IMG/VR virus record: IMGVR_UViG_3300018933_000001
Span: 64,001-128,000 of that record
Origin: a virus
Direction: 5' to 3' (one strand)
DNA: 64,000 nucleotides
Translations under genes and position numbers: made by a program
Notes under the pieces: model-generated
Databases searched by the model: none
What the model saw: only the letters and a program-made list of their open reading frames with translations
Told to the model about the DNA's origin: nothing
Part shown: positions 37,431 through 45,790 of the stretch, in pieces
How the letters are laid out: each line of letters begins with the position of its first letter
Numbering within the stretch: position 1 is the stretch's first letter

Positions 37431-38300
37431 ATGTTAGTACAAAGAGCTGAGGAATTTGCACGTTTAGTTCACAAAAATCAATTCTATGGAGAATTGCCTT
37501 ACACTGACCACTTAAAAGAAGTTTATTTAACTCTATTAGATTTTGCAGTTAAAGATGAGATAATTTTAGCTGCTAGTTGGTTGCATCACTCAATAGAAGA
37601 TACCTATACTACTTATGAGACATTAGAGATTCAGTTTGGTAAAGAAGTAGCAGATTTGGTTCAATTAGTTACTAATGAAAAAGGAACTAATCGGAAAGAA
37701 ATACTAGAGAAGACAGCTCCTAAAATCAAAAGTAACGAGAAAGCTTTAATCTTGAAGTTAGCTGACAGAATAGTAAATACTGAGTGTAGTCTTTTTTATA
37801 ATGAAAAGCTTTATAAAATGTATGAGAAAGAGTTTCCTAGATTTAAGACTCTTTTATTTAGAGAAGATGAGAAGAACGATGCTATTTTAAAGCTGTGGAA
37901 TTATTTAAGTAATCTGTGTGAAAAAAAGAGTTTGAATATTATGATTCAACTAAATACTGAAAAATGGTGGGATGAAGAGAAAGATAAAGAGTTGATAGAT
38001 AGCTACTCTCTACTATCTTTACTAATTACACCTACCTCTCATTTAAACGAGCAAGGATACCTAAAGCTAGAAGAACTACTTAAAAACTCTTCTAAAGGTA
38101 CTAAATTCAAAATAACGATTGAGAGAAATGAACCAGAAGATGATCCTTGGGTGAGGTTAGCTGGTAAGTATGAAAACGACCCGCAATACGATGAGGTATT
38201 GGCACACATAGAAGAATATCGAAAAGAATTAGACGAAAGAGAAGCTGAGTATTACGATGATTGTTACGAAATAATAGAGGAGAAAGTGTATGACCTGTAA
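37431..38300 (+). CDS. RelA/SpoT-type (Mesh1-like) HD hydrolase fused to an antitoxin-like C-terminal segment
   Basis: FA..H..Q.YG..PY..HL..V, LHHSIEDT, KLADRI.N; tail DPWVRLAGKYENDPQYDEVL..IEEYRKELD. Confidence 0.75.
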   Translation: MLVQRAEEFARLVHKNQFYGELPYTDHLKEVYLTLLDFAVKDEIILAASWLHHSIEDTYTTYETLEIQFGKEVADLVQLVTNEKGTNRKEILEKTAPKIKSNEKALILKLADRIVNTECSLFYNEKLYKMYEKEFPRFKTLLFREDEKNDAILKLWNYLSNLCEKKSLNIMIQLNTEKWWDEEKDKELIDSYSLLSLLITPTSHLNEQGYLKLEELLKNSSKGTKFKITIERNEPEDDPWVRLAGKYENDPQYDEVLAHIEEYRKELDEREAEYYDDCYEIIEEKVYDL

Positions 38301-39024
38301 AGTTAAGCTTGTGTCTATTACCCAATCTTTAATAGATGTTGAACCTGAAGTAGCTGAAAAGATGGGGATTGATGTTAGGAAATTAACTCCAGAAGAACAC
38401 TTAATTTTTACAGCCAGAGTTTCGTCACCTAAGAATCAGAAGAATATTGATACTACTGAAAGACTACTAAACTACTGCTTTACTAGAGGTCACGTATCTG
38501 TATTTGAACAAGTTGATTTTGCTGTGGAAATTACCACCAGTCAAGCTATATCTGCTCAACTTTTAAGACATAGAAGTGGGGTTTTTCAACAATTTTCAGG
38601 AAGATACGCTGAAGTTACTTCTATTGAACCGATTGAGTTTAGGTTACAAGATACTAAAAACAGACAAAATAGTTTAGACACTATAGCTTTGATAGATGTT
38701 GAAAATAGAGAAAATTTTAAAGTTCTAGTAGAAGACGAGTCTGTAGAAAATCTAATGATACTTGTTGAACGTCATCTCTTAGAAGCTAAAGAACTATATA
38801 AAACTCTGCTAGCAAAAGGAGTAGCTCTCGAATGTGCAAGATTTATATTACCTACTTCTCATACTACTACTCTTTATATGAAGAACAATCTTCGTAATTG
38901 GATTCATTACATATTGGCTAGAACTAAAGATGGAGTACAGAAAGAACATAAAGAAGTAGCTCTCCAAATTAGAAAGATAGTTCAAGAACATTTTCCAATT
39001 ACAGCTAAAGCTTTGGTATTTTAA
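38290..39024 (+). CDS. thyX: flavin-dependent thymidylate synthase
   Basis: ARVS, GH.SVFE, QLLRHR...QQFSGRY, E.ARFILP, N.RNW.H, QKEH. Confidence 0.93.
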   Translation: MTCKVKLVSITQSLIDVEPEVAEKMGIDVRKLTPEEHLIFTARVSSPKNQKNIDTTERLLNYCFTRGHVSVFEQVDFAVEITTSQAISAQLLRHRSGVFQQFSGRYAEVTSIEPIEFRLQDTKNRQNSLDTIALIDVENRENFKVLVEDESVENLMILVERHLLEAKELYKTLLAKGVALECARFILPTSHTTTLYMKNNLRNWIHYILARTKDGVQKEHKEVALQIRKIVQEHFPITAKALVF

Positions 39025-39037
39025 AAAGGAATAAATT

Positions 39038-39376
39038 ATGTATCTTAAAATTAATCTACTAGAAGACGAAGAGTTAAGAAAAACTATTAAACAGTTAGTA
39101 GAATCTCAACTTAAGTCATTAGTTCGAGAAGAAGTTACTAAGACTATTAACTCTGAAGTTGACAGAATACTCAAAGCTGAGAACGGTTTTATGTCTAATC
39201 TACTAGATACTAAAATTAGAGATTATTTGTCACAACATTACTCTAATCCTAAATATAGTAGGTACTGTTCAAGACTAGAGCATTTAGTAAGAGACATCTT
39301 AGGTGAAAAGATTAAGTTAGCCATGGAAGATAGATTAATGAAAAGTTTCTTAGATTTGTGCAAGGAAGAAGAATGA
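39038..39376 (+). CDS. hypothetical protein
   Basis: ORF with RBS. Confidence 0.6.
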   Translation: MYLKINLLEDEELRKTIKQLVESQLKSLVREEVTKTINSEVDRILKAENGFMSNLLDTKIRDYLSQHYSNPKYSRYCSRLEHLVRDILGEKIKLAMEDRLMKSFLDLCKEEE

Positions 39377-39630
39377 AAGTAATATTTATTAACTCAGATT
39401 TCTTTTGGTGTAATAGAAAACCTAGAGACTATGTAGGTACTAAAGGATTTTATCAAGCTTTACTAGATTTTAAAGAAGATAGATGTTCAAATTGTACAGA
39501 TGAGTTTTTTCTAAAACATCATGACAATTACTTAGTATATTCCACTGCGAAAGAATTACCTAGTGATTTAAAATATGAAGGCTTAGTAAAAGACCTATAT
39601 CCTAGAGCTTTAGATTGGTTTGATAAGTAA
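39358..39630 (+). CDS. hypothetical protein (start probably 39373)
   Basis: Similar to 36814..37110. Confidence 0.55.
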   Translation: MQGRRMKVIFINSDFFWCNRKPRDYVGTKGFYQALLDFKEDRCSNCTDEFFLKHHDNYLVYSTAKELPSDLKYEGLVKDLYPRALDWFDK

Positions 39631-39632
39631 GG

Positions 39633-40952
39633 TTACATGGAGGGAGAGATTTGGCTTTGTTGCTCTATCTGCTTCAAAGCCTTTGCTTCTTCTATTTCTT
39701 GTTCAGTTTGAAGAGGTAACCCTAATAAACCTCTAATCCTATTATTAATTACAGGGTCATCTCCACTAAGAATCCCCATTGAAACAGCAGTAAAGATATT
39801 TTGTAATTGCTGCATTTCTACTCCAGGGTCTGAAGAAGAATCAATGGTAAATTTACCGTAATCTTTCTGTTTGCCAAAGTTGTTAATAATTATTGGTTTA
39901 CAGACTTTCTCAATAATTTGGTCTTGAATCTGATTTACTACTACTTCTATATTTGCGTCTAAAAGAGTAGACTGCTTTACGGATAGTGTTGCTACCCCGA
40001 TTGAACCACTACCTTCTTCAAATATTAATACTGGAACCCCAAATGCTCTGTGGATGTTCTTATTCAGTTCTGTTAATGCAAAGTTCCAAGAAGGGCTTCC
40101 GTCAGATACATTAAGAGCAGTGACATTATTAGCTTTATCTGTGACGATGATTGCGTTGTTTTCTACATTAGCTAGTTTTTCATACATTACTTGAGCTGCA
40201 TTTTTCCTCAAAGGTTGATTGTCTCTTCCCATTAAAGGCTTACCATAAGCATCAGTAACAGTAGCATTGATAGTAGCAGCACTATCTACTTGAGCAAATA
40301 GAATACCAGTAGATAAGTTCTTAATAGATACAATCATGTCAGCTAGAACTGCTATTTTAGCTTTCCAGAATGGATATGCAATTGCAGCTTCGGCTTTTCC
40401 AAACGGGTCATTGAATATAGTAGCAGCAGAATTAGTTACATGGATGATTTTTTTATATGGAATAGGAATGTTAGATTTAGCTCTATCGTTGTAAATTACA
40501 TATTCAATATATCCTTTTGAACCTTTAAACTTTACTCTTTCTAAGCTTAGTGGATAAATGCTTTCTAGTTTTAGATAACCTTGTTTATCTAATCTGAAGT
40601 TAATTTCTGCTACTGAAAATCCTAATGCTGGGGCAATAGCTAATTCTGATACTGCTTTCTTTAGAGTATCCCGCATATTACCAAACATTTCTTGAAGAAA
40701 ATCAGTTATTTCCGGCTTAGTATGTTGGTATACACCAAATATATTAGCAGCTCTCAAACACTTAATATCTACGCAAGCTTTTGCTATTGGGTCTTTATGG
40801 AGAAAATGTAGAAGTTCAGTAATAGAATGTGTTCCATCCCAACTAATCTCTTGAATAGTAGAATCAGATAATTTAGATATTTTAGAAGAATGATTCGTAG
40901 TATAAAGCTGTTCTTCAAATTGTCTTGTAGGTTGAGGATTACGTGATTTCAT
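39633..40952 (-). CDS. phage portal protein (Mu gp29/DUF935-like)
   Basis: GFSVAEI, K.IH...DPFG, IQDQII..PII..NFG; 439 aa. Confidence 0.75.
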   Translation of the reverse strand: MKSRNPQPTRQFEEQLYTTNHSSKISKLSDSTIQEISWDGTHSITELLHFLHKDPIAKACVDIKCLRAANIFGVYQHTKPEITDFLQEMFGNMRDTLKKAVSELAIAPALGFSVAEINFRLDKQGYLKLESIYPLSLERVKFKGSKGYIEYVIYNDRAKSNIPIPYKKIIHVTNSAATIFNDPFGKAEAAIAYPFWKAKIAVLADMIVSIKNLSTGILFAQVDSAATINATVTDAYGKPLMGRDNQPLRKNAAQVMYEKLANVENNAIIVTDKANNVTALNVSDGSPSWNFALTELNKNIHRAFGVPVLIFEEGSGSIGVATLSVKQSTLLDANIEVVVNQIQDQIIEKVCKPIIINNFGKQKDYGKFTIDSSSDPGVEMQQLQNIFTAVSMGILSGDDPVINNRIRGLLGLPLQTEQEIEEAKALKQIEQQSQISPSM

Positions 40953-40980
40953 TTGTCATTTTATTTTATTTCCTTTGTAA

Positions 40981-40989
40981 ACTTTAACA
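40981..40989 (-). promoter_or_regulatory. extended -10 promoter TGTTAAAGT upstream of portal
   Basis: Same motif and spacing as at 9206 and 60794. Confidence 0.55.
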
Positions 40990-41010
40990 TGAAATGAGTA
41001 GAGGTAAATT

Positions 41011-41394
41011 ATGGGATGTTACGTTCGGTTTTCATTAGATATTAAGTTAAAACTAGATACTCCTAGAGAAGTTGTAGACGTTTTAAAATACGCTCTACCA
41101 AGAAAAGCTAGTAGGTCTAAAAAGATAGAATTACCTGACCACAGATTTTTTAAAAATCCTGATTGGTATTTTACTTTAGGATGTAGCAATGATTTAGAAA
41201 TACCAAGATTGAGAAAACTTAGAGGAAAAGACAAAGGTTATAGTTTGAATATCTATTCAGAATTTAAAGAGAATTGGGGAAGTGAATATAGATTTATTAA
41301 TTGGATAGAACCTTATTTAGACCATTTACCGGGAGAGGTTTTAGGTTGGAGAGAAGATGATTATAATGAACGGACTGTTATTAAAAAGAAATAA
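41011..41394 (+). CDS. conserved phage hypothetical protein
   Basis: MG.Y....L...LK.DTP..V..VL...LPDH.FF, F..WI.PY. Confidence 0.7.
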   Translation: MGCYVRFSLDIKLKLDTPREVVDVLKYALPRKASRSKKIELPDHRFFKNPDWYFTLGCSNDLEIPRLRKLRGKDKGYSLNIYSEFKENWGSEYRFINWIEPYLDHLPGEVLGWREDDYNERTVIKKK

Positions 41395-41406
41395 GGTGAT
41401 TAAATT

Positions 41407-41799
41407 ATGACTTTTAACCAAGAAGAATATATCAAATTACTTTCTGAAATTGTTATCAAACCTATTGAATCTGATGAAGAATTAGATAGATACGTGAAAT
41501 TAGTAGAGCCTTACTTCTTTGATAAGGAGAAAAGTCCTGAAGAAGTATCTATTTATAATCTACTAACTATCTTGATTGTTGAATACGAAGAAAAACATTA
41601 TCCCGTACCTGAACTAGAACCATTAGAATTCTTAAAAGGTTGTATGGAACTTCATGACTTAAAACAAGAAGATTTAGTTGGTGTTATTGGTAGCCAAGGA
41701 GTAGTATCTGAAGTTATTAATGGTAAAAGAGAAATATCAAAAGCACAAGCAAGAGCATTAGGTGAATTCTTTAAAGTAGATTACAAAAGTTTTTTATAA
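41407..41799 (+). CDS. orphan HigA-type antitoxin (HTH)
   Basis: TFN.EEY..LL, LI.EYEEKHYP, LKQEDLV.VIGS.GVVSEVINGKREISKAQA.ALGEFF. Confidence 0.85.
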   Translation: MTFNQEEYIKLLSEIVIKPIESDEELDRYVKLVEPYFFDKEKSPEEVSIYNLLTILIVEYEEKHYPVPELEPLEFLKGCMELHDLKQEDLVGVIGSQGVVSEVINGKREISKAQARALGEFFKVDYKSFL

Positions 41800-41810
41800 G
41801 GAGTATATGC

Positions 41811-42101
41811 ATGGACTTTTATAGAATAGAGACAAAAGCTGATGTTACTTGGAATAGAGAAGTTTTAGGTATTTACGCAGACGGATTTGTAAATAAGCAA
41901 CTACTAATAGATACTTATAACGAGCAAGCTTTAAAAACTGTACTTGGAGGTGTTTCTTCTAATGAGTTTATAAAGTTGACTGTTGAAGATGTTAAATATC
42001 AGTGGTGTAAATTAGAAGAAGATAGCAATGGGGAAGTTTACTCAATACTTAGTGATAAAGGAGAAGTAGATAGTTTTGGTGTTACAGCTATTTATTGGTA
42101 A
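41811..42101 (+). CDS. hypothetical protein
   Basis: AAGGAG RBS. Confidence 0.6.
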   Translation: MDFYRIETKADVTWNREVLGIYADGFVNKQLLIDTYNEQALKTVLGGVSSNEFIKLTVEDVKYQWCKLEEDSNGEVYSILSDKGEVDSFGVTAIYW

Positions 42102-42358
42102 CTAAGATGATTGAAATTAAATTAATGTATGAAGTAGATAGTTTTCCCATTATAGGTTACTACTCAGAAGACCACGTTATAAGTTAATGTTTGTTAAAGA
42201 GACTCTGTTATCGGAAATAGAAGAATTAGAAGAATGACTAGCATTACTTAAGAACAGAGTTACTAATTCAGAAGATATAGGTGTGGGAGATGGAGTAGTT
42301 ATAGGAACAGGTAAGATAATCAGATTGGTAGGTCAATATCAGGTACTAATGGAAGAGT

Positions 42359-44128
42359 ATGACTAATAAAAAGCTTATATTTATAGTTGGGTGTTCTAGA
42401 ACCGGAAGTACCTTACTACTTTCTTACTTATGTGGATTAAAGAATACTAAGATACTTTATGAGACTAGATGCCTTACTAATTCACTTAATCTATCATCTA
42501 GTGATTTTATAGATTACTTAGCTACTATGTTTAATTCTATTACAGAAGATATAGTAATAGAGAAGACTCCAGAACATTGTTTCTATTTAAATATAATAGA
42601 ACAACTGAGGAAGGTATGTAAGAGAGATATTCATGTTATCTATGTTACTAGACCACCAGTTCCTACTATCTTATCTATATTGAGAGCTAAAGAAGTATGG
42701 ACAGATATAGACGTATTAGGAGCTTGTGAGAAGTATGAAGAGTCAATGATTAGTATCTATCATAATCTTATTACTAAGGTACATCATCCTAACAACACAG
42801 AAGGAAGAAAGAGTTTATACGTATATAATTGGCAAGATAAGTTAATAGAAGGTGTTAGTTACAGAAGTCATGTTATTAGTGCTTATAGTTTTTCTATTAG
42901 TTATAAAAGTCTATTAGAAGATGTTTACTTTACCTTATATAATCTCTTAGTTACAAAACTACATCTTGGCCTTAGTGACTCAGATATAAGAAGCATAGTA
43001 GTTAATAGAGTAAGTAACTTAAGAAAAGTATTACCTCAAGTGGAAAAACAATTACATCATAATAACTTGTTTAAAGAAGTAGATGTAGTTAATAAAGAGA
43101 GACTTAGTAATGTAAGTAAACTAGCTGATGAAGATAAGAGAAATATTAAGTACATTAATAACTACTTTACTGATAAAGGTAATAAGTTTAATATATATGA
43201 CTTAGTAACTAAGAAAGAAGTAATAAGTATAGATAATGTTCCATTGGTTACTATAGTAGTTCCTCTATATAACAAAGAAAAGTATATAGTAGACACTTTA
43301 AACTCTTTATTAAACCAGACTTATGACAATATAAGAGTAGTAGTAGTAGATGATGCTTCTACTGATAAAAGTTTAGAGGTAGTAGAAGATTATTATAGAA
43401 ATTTACCTTATACCTTCTTACAACAAAAGATGTGTATAGTGAAAAAAAAGAGTAATCAAGGGGTTTCTTCTACTCGTAATATAGGTATTAGCAACCTTAG
43501 TAGTGAAAGTGATATATGCTCGTTCTGTGATGCTGATGATATATGGGACTCAACCTTAGTAGAAAAGTCAGTAGATACATTCAAGAGATATCCTTATGTA
43601 GATTGTGTTTACTCTAGAGTTCTATTACTCAAAGATGGAGAACTAATAAAGACTCACAGTAAGATTTGCAACGGAGATGTTTATGAAGATAGTTTAGAAT
43701 ATAACTTCCTTAACTGTGGTAGTAATATCTTTGTTAAAGCTTCAGTATTAGAACAACATAATATTAGATTTAATGTAGAGTATGACGGATGTGAGGATTG
43801 GGATTTTCTTATCCAACTAGCTAAAGTAGCAACGTTTAAATGTACCAAAGAGTATCTAGTAAAATACCGTCAACTATCTAACTCTTTATCTACTAACAAA
43901 GAACTTCAAGTAGTTAAGGGGAAGAAGATACTGGAGAAGTATTTAGGTGTAGGAGCAAGTCAAACTTATAGAGGGGAGAAGTATAGTAGAATATTTACTC
44001 GTCTATTTCTTTATTACTTTACTATTAAAAACCTTAAGTGGTCTTACATAAAAGATTTAGACATTAGTTATATACTTAGAGTTGTAATGTCTAAGTCAAA
44101 AGCTTGTGTTAAGTCACATATATTATAA
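42359..44128 (+). CDS. sulfotransferase + GT2 glycosyltransferase fusion
   Basis: IFIVGCSRTGSTLL (PAPS-binding), EKTPEH; VVPLYNKEKYI, VVDDASTD, FCDADD, EDWDF. Confidence 0.88.
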   Translation: MTNKKLIFIVGCSRTGSTLLLSYLCGLKNTKILYETRCLTNSLNLSSSDFIDYLATMFNSITEDIVIEKTPEHCFYLNIIEQLRKVCKRDIHVIYVTRPPVPTILSILRAKEVWTDIDVLGACEKYEESMISIYHNLITKVHHPNNTEGRKSLYVYNWQDKLIEGVSYRSHVISAYSFSISYKSLLEDVYFTLYNLLVTKLHLGLSDSDIRSIVVNRVSNLRKVLPQVEKQLHHNNLFKEVDVVNKERLSNVSKLADEDKRNIKYINNYFTDKGNKFNIYDLVTKKEVISIDNVPLVTIVVPLYNKEKYIVDTLNSLLNQTYDNIRVVVVDDASTDKSLEVVEDYYRNLPYTFLQQKMCIVKKKSNQGVSSTRNIGISNLSSESDICSFCDADDIWDSTLVEKSVDTFKRYPYVDCVYSRVLLLKDGELIKTHSKICNGDVYEDSLEYNFLNCGSNIFVKASVLEQHNIRFNVEYDGCEDWDFLIQLAKVATFKCTKEYLVKYRQLSNSLSTNKELQVVKGKKILEKYLGVGASQTYRGEKYSRIFTRLFLYYFTIKNLKWSYIKDLDISYILRVVMSKSKACVKSHIL

Positions 44129-44609
44129 GTTAGCTATCTATGAATACTCCTTATCTAACTTCTATAGAAAGGTAAGTAAACGAGGTGATGAGTATTCTTC
44201 TTACTTCTACCAGTTATCAGTAGATGAGAAGAAGCATAGCAAGATGTTATTTAGTTTGTTAAGTAAGAGAGGTTATGATGTACCTAATAAGTATTTAGTA
44301 GAGGAAGTAATAATACAAGGTCAGAAAGTAGAGACTAATATAGAGATAAGTAAGAGAAATGTACTATTTTACTTAATCTTTAAAGGTAAGTCTGCGTCTA
44401 GTTACTCTACTAATGAGTTACTTAGTTATGTAATTAAAGGGGAAAGAATAGCTTATGTGTATTACTCAGTTTTATTATGGATAGTTAAGTGTCTGAGATA
44501 CATTACTCAAAACAAGTTATACGACTTAGACATAAATATTCTGTCAACTATTAGAAGTGAAGAAAAGGAGCATAGTAGTAATGAAAGAAATTATAATCAA
44601 CACAAGTAA
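44106..44609 (+). CDS. ferritin/rubrerythrin-like di-iron protein
   Basis: E...FY, DEKKH, GE..AY.YY, EEKEH paired ExxH motifs. Confidence 0.7.
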   Translation: MLSHIYYKLAIYEYSLSNFYRKVSKRGDEYSSYFYQLSVDEKKHSKMLFSLLSKRGYDVPNKYLVEEVIIQGQKVETNIEISKRNVLFYLIFKGKSASSYSTNELLSYVIKGERIAYVYYSVLLWIVKCLRYITQNKLYDLDINILSTIRSEEKEHSSNERNYNQHK

Positions 44610-44802
44610 TGTATATATTATTGGCTTAGTAGAAGGTATTAGGATACTACTTAAGTATGACCCTGATTCATATATCTCTGCTTCTCATGACGTTATTTAT
44701 TTCTGCGGATGTGAAGAAGTCTCTGAAGAAGATGGAAAATTACTAGATAAACTAGGTTGGCGGTTTGATAGCGGTGTAGATAGTTGGAGATGTAGTGTAT
44801 GA
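44557..44802 (+). CDS. conserved phage hypothetical protein
   Basis: ILLKY....ISASHDVIY...VSEED...L..LGW. Confidence 0.65.
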   Translation: MKKRSIVVMKEIIINTSNVYIIGLVEGIRILLKYDPDSYISASHDVIYFCGCEEVSEEDGKLLDKLGWRFDSGVDSWRCSV

Positions 44803-45599
44803 AAGACTTAGAAGTTAGGTGGATTATTGAGAGAGATGTTCTGAGCTACACTGATAATCTAGTTAAGTACCTACAAGAGAAAGACATTTACTATAAAGAG
44901 ACTACGTATCAGGAAGTAGTGTCTCATAAATATAGTAATAAGTATGGTTATTTATCAGATGATGAGATAGTAACTATCTTTGTTGGTAGTCTTAGGTTAG
45001 CTAAAGAGATTAACAAGTACCCAATATATCCAGGTGTTATTTGTACATTAAAGAACTTTGAGTGTATTAACTACTATCCTAGCTGGGGTGACTATTTACT
45101 AAATAAAGATTGGACTATTACTGTACCACCTCTCTTAAAGAGACATTGCAGAGAAGGAGATACTACTAAGAAGTTCTTTTTCCGACCTAATGAGGGTGAT
45201 AAAACCTTTACTGGTGGGTTATTTACTAAATCTGAGCTAGTGAAGTTGGGATTAGAAGACAATAAAGTAATAATTCAAGCTTGTAAGAAAGATATAAAAG
45301 ATGAATATAGATTTCTAGTAGTAGATAAAGAAATAGTTGATTATACTAGATACTTAGATACTCCTAAAAGTGGAATGTATCGAGGAGCTAAATTTCTACT
45401 AGAGAATGCTTTACGTAATCCTAGAACTTTTCTACCTGATAGAGCTTTTACTGTAGATATTGGTGAAAGTAATAACAGAATAGGAGTAGTAGAACTTAAC
45501 TCTTTTTCTTGTGCCAATCTTTACTCTATGAATATGGACAAAGTAGTTCCTGCTATTAACGAGTTAGCTAAGAAGATGTATCTTGAAGAAAATGATTGA
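44799..45599 (+). CDS. ATP-grasp domain protein (DUF4343/R2K-like)
   Basis: FFRP..GDK.FTG, EYRFLVVD, VDIG, VVELNSFSC..LY. Confidence 0.8.
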   Translation: MKDLEVRWIIERDVLSYTDNLVKYLQEKDIYYKETTYQEVVSHKYSNKYGYLSDDEIVTIFVGSLRLAKEINKYPIYPGVICTLKNFECINYYPSWGDYLLNKDWTITVPPLLKRHCREGDTTKKFFFRPNEGDKTFTGGLFTKSELVKLGLEDNKVIIQACKKDIKDEYRFLVVDKEIVDYTRYLDTPKSGMYRGAKFLLENALRNPRTFLPDRAFTVDIGESNNRIGVVELNSFSCANLYSMNMDKVVPAINELAKKMYLEEND

Positions 45600-45624
45600 C
45601 AAATTAAAATGGATAAGTTAAACT
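45596..45624 (+). promoter_or_regulatory. sigma70-type promoter for tRNA pair
   Basis: TTGACA-17 nt-TAAACT. Confidence 0.75.
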
Positions 45625-45634
45625 TAATTTATTC

Positions 45635-45706
45635 GTCGGAGGAGTGACACGGTTTCACACAGGTCTCATAAGCCTGAAATAGTAGGTTCGATTCCTACCT
45701 CCGACT
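45635..45706 (+). tRNA. tRNA with CAT anticodon (Met or Ile2)
   Basis: GTCGGAG/CTCCGAC acceptor, CAGGT-CTCATAA-GCCTG, GTAGG-TTCGATT-CCTAC. Confidence 0.88.
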
Positions 45707-45709
45707 TTA

Positions 45710-45783
45710 CGGAATGTGGTGTAATTTGGTAGCACTCTTGATTTGGGGTCAAGAAGCTGTAGGTTCAAATCCTACCATTCCGA
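45710..45783 (+). tRNA. tRNA-Pro (TGG)
   Basis: CGGAATG/CATTCCG acceptor, CTTGA-TTTGGGG-TCAAG, GTAGG-TTCAAAT-CCTAC. Confidence 0.92.
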
Positions 45784-45790
45784 TTTAATA

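Noticed and set aside
37431-38300. Genuine HD-antitoxin fusion as a novel architecture
   Set aside because: Junction sits on an A7 run where one less A gives a stop followed by a good ATG (37941); treated as unproven.
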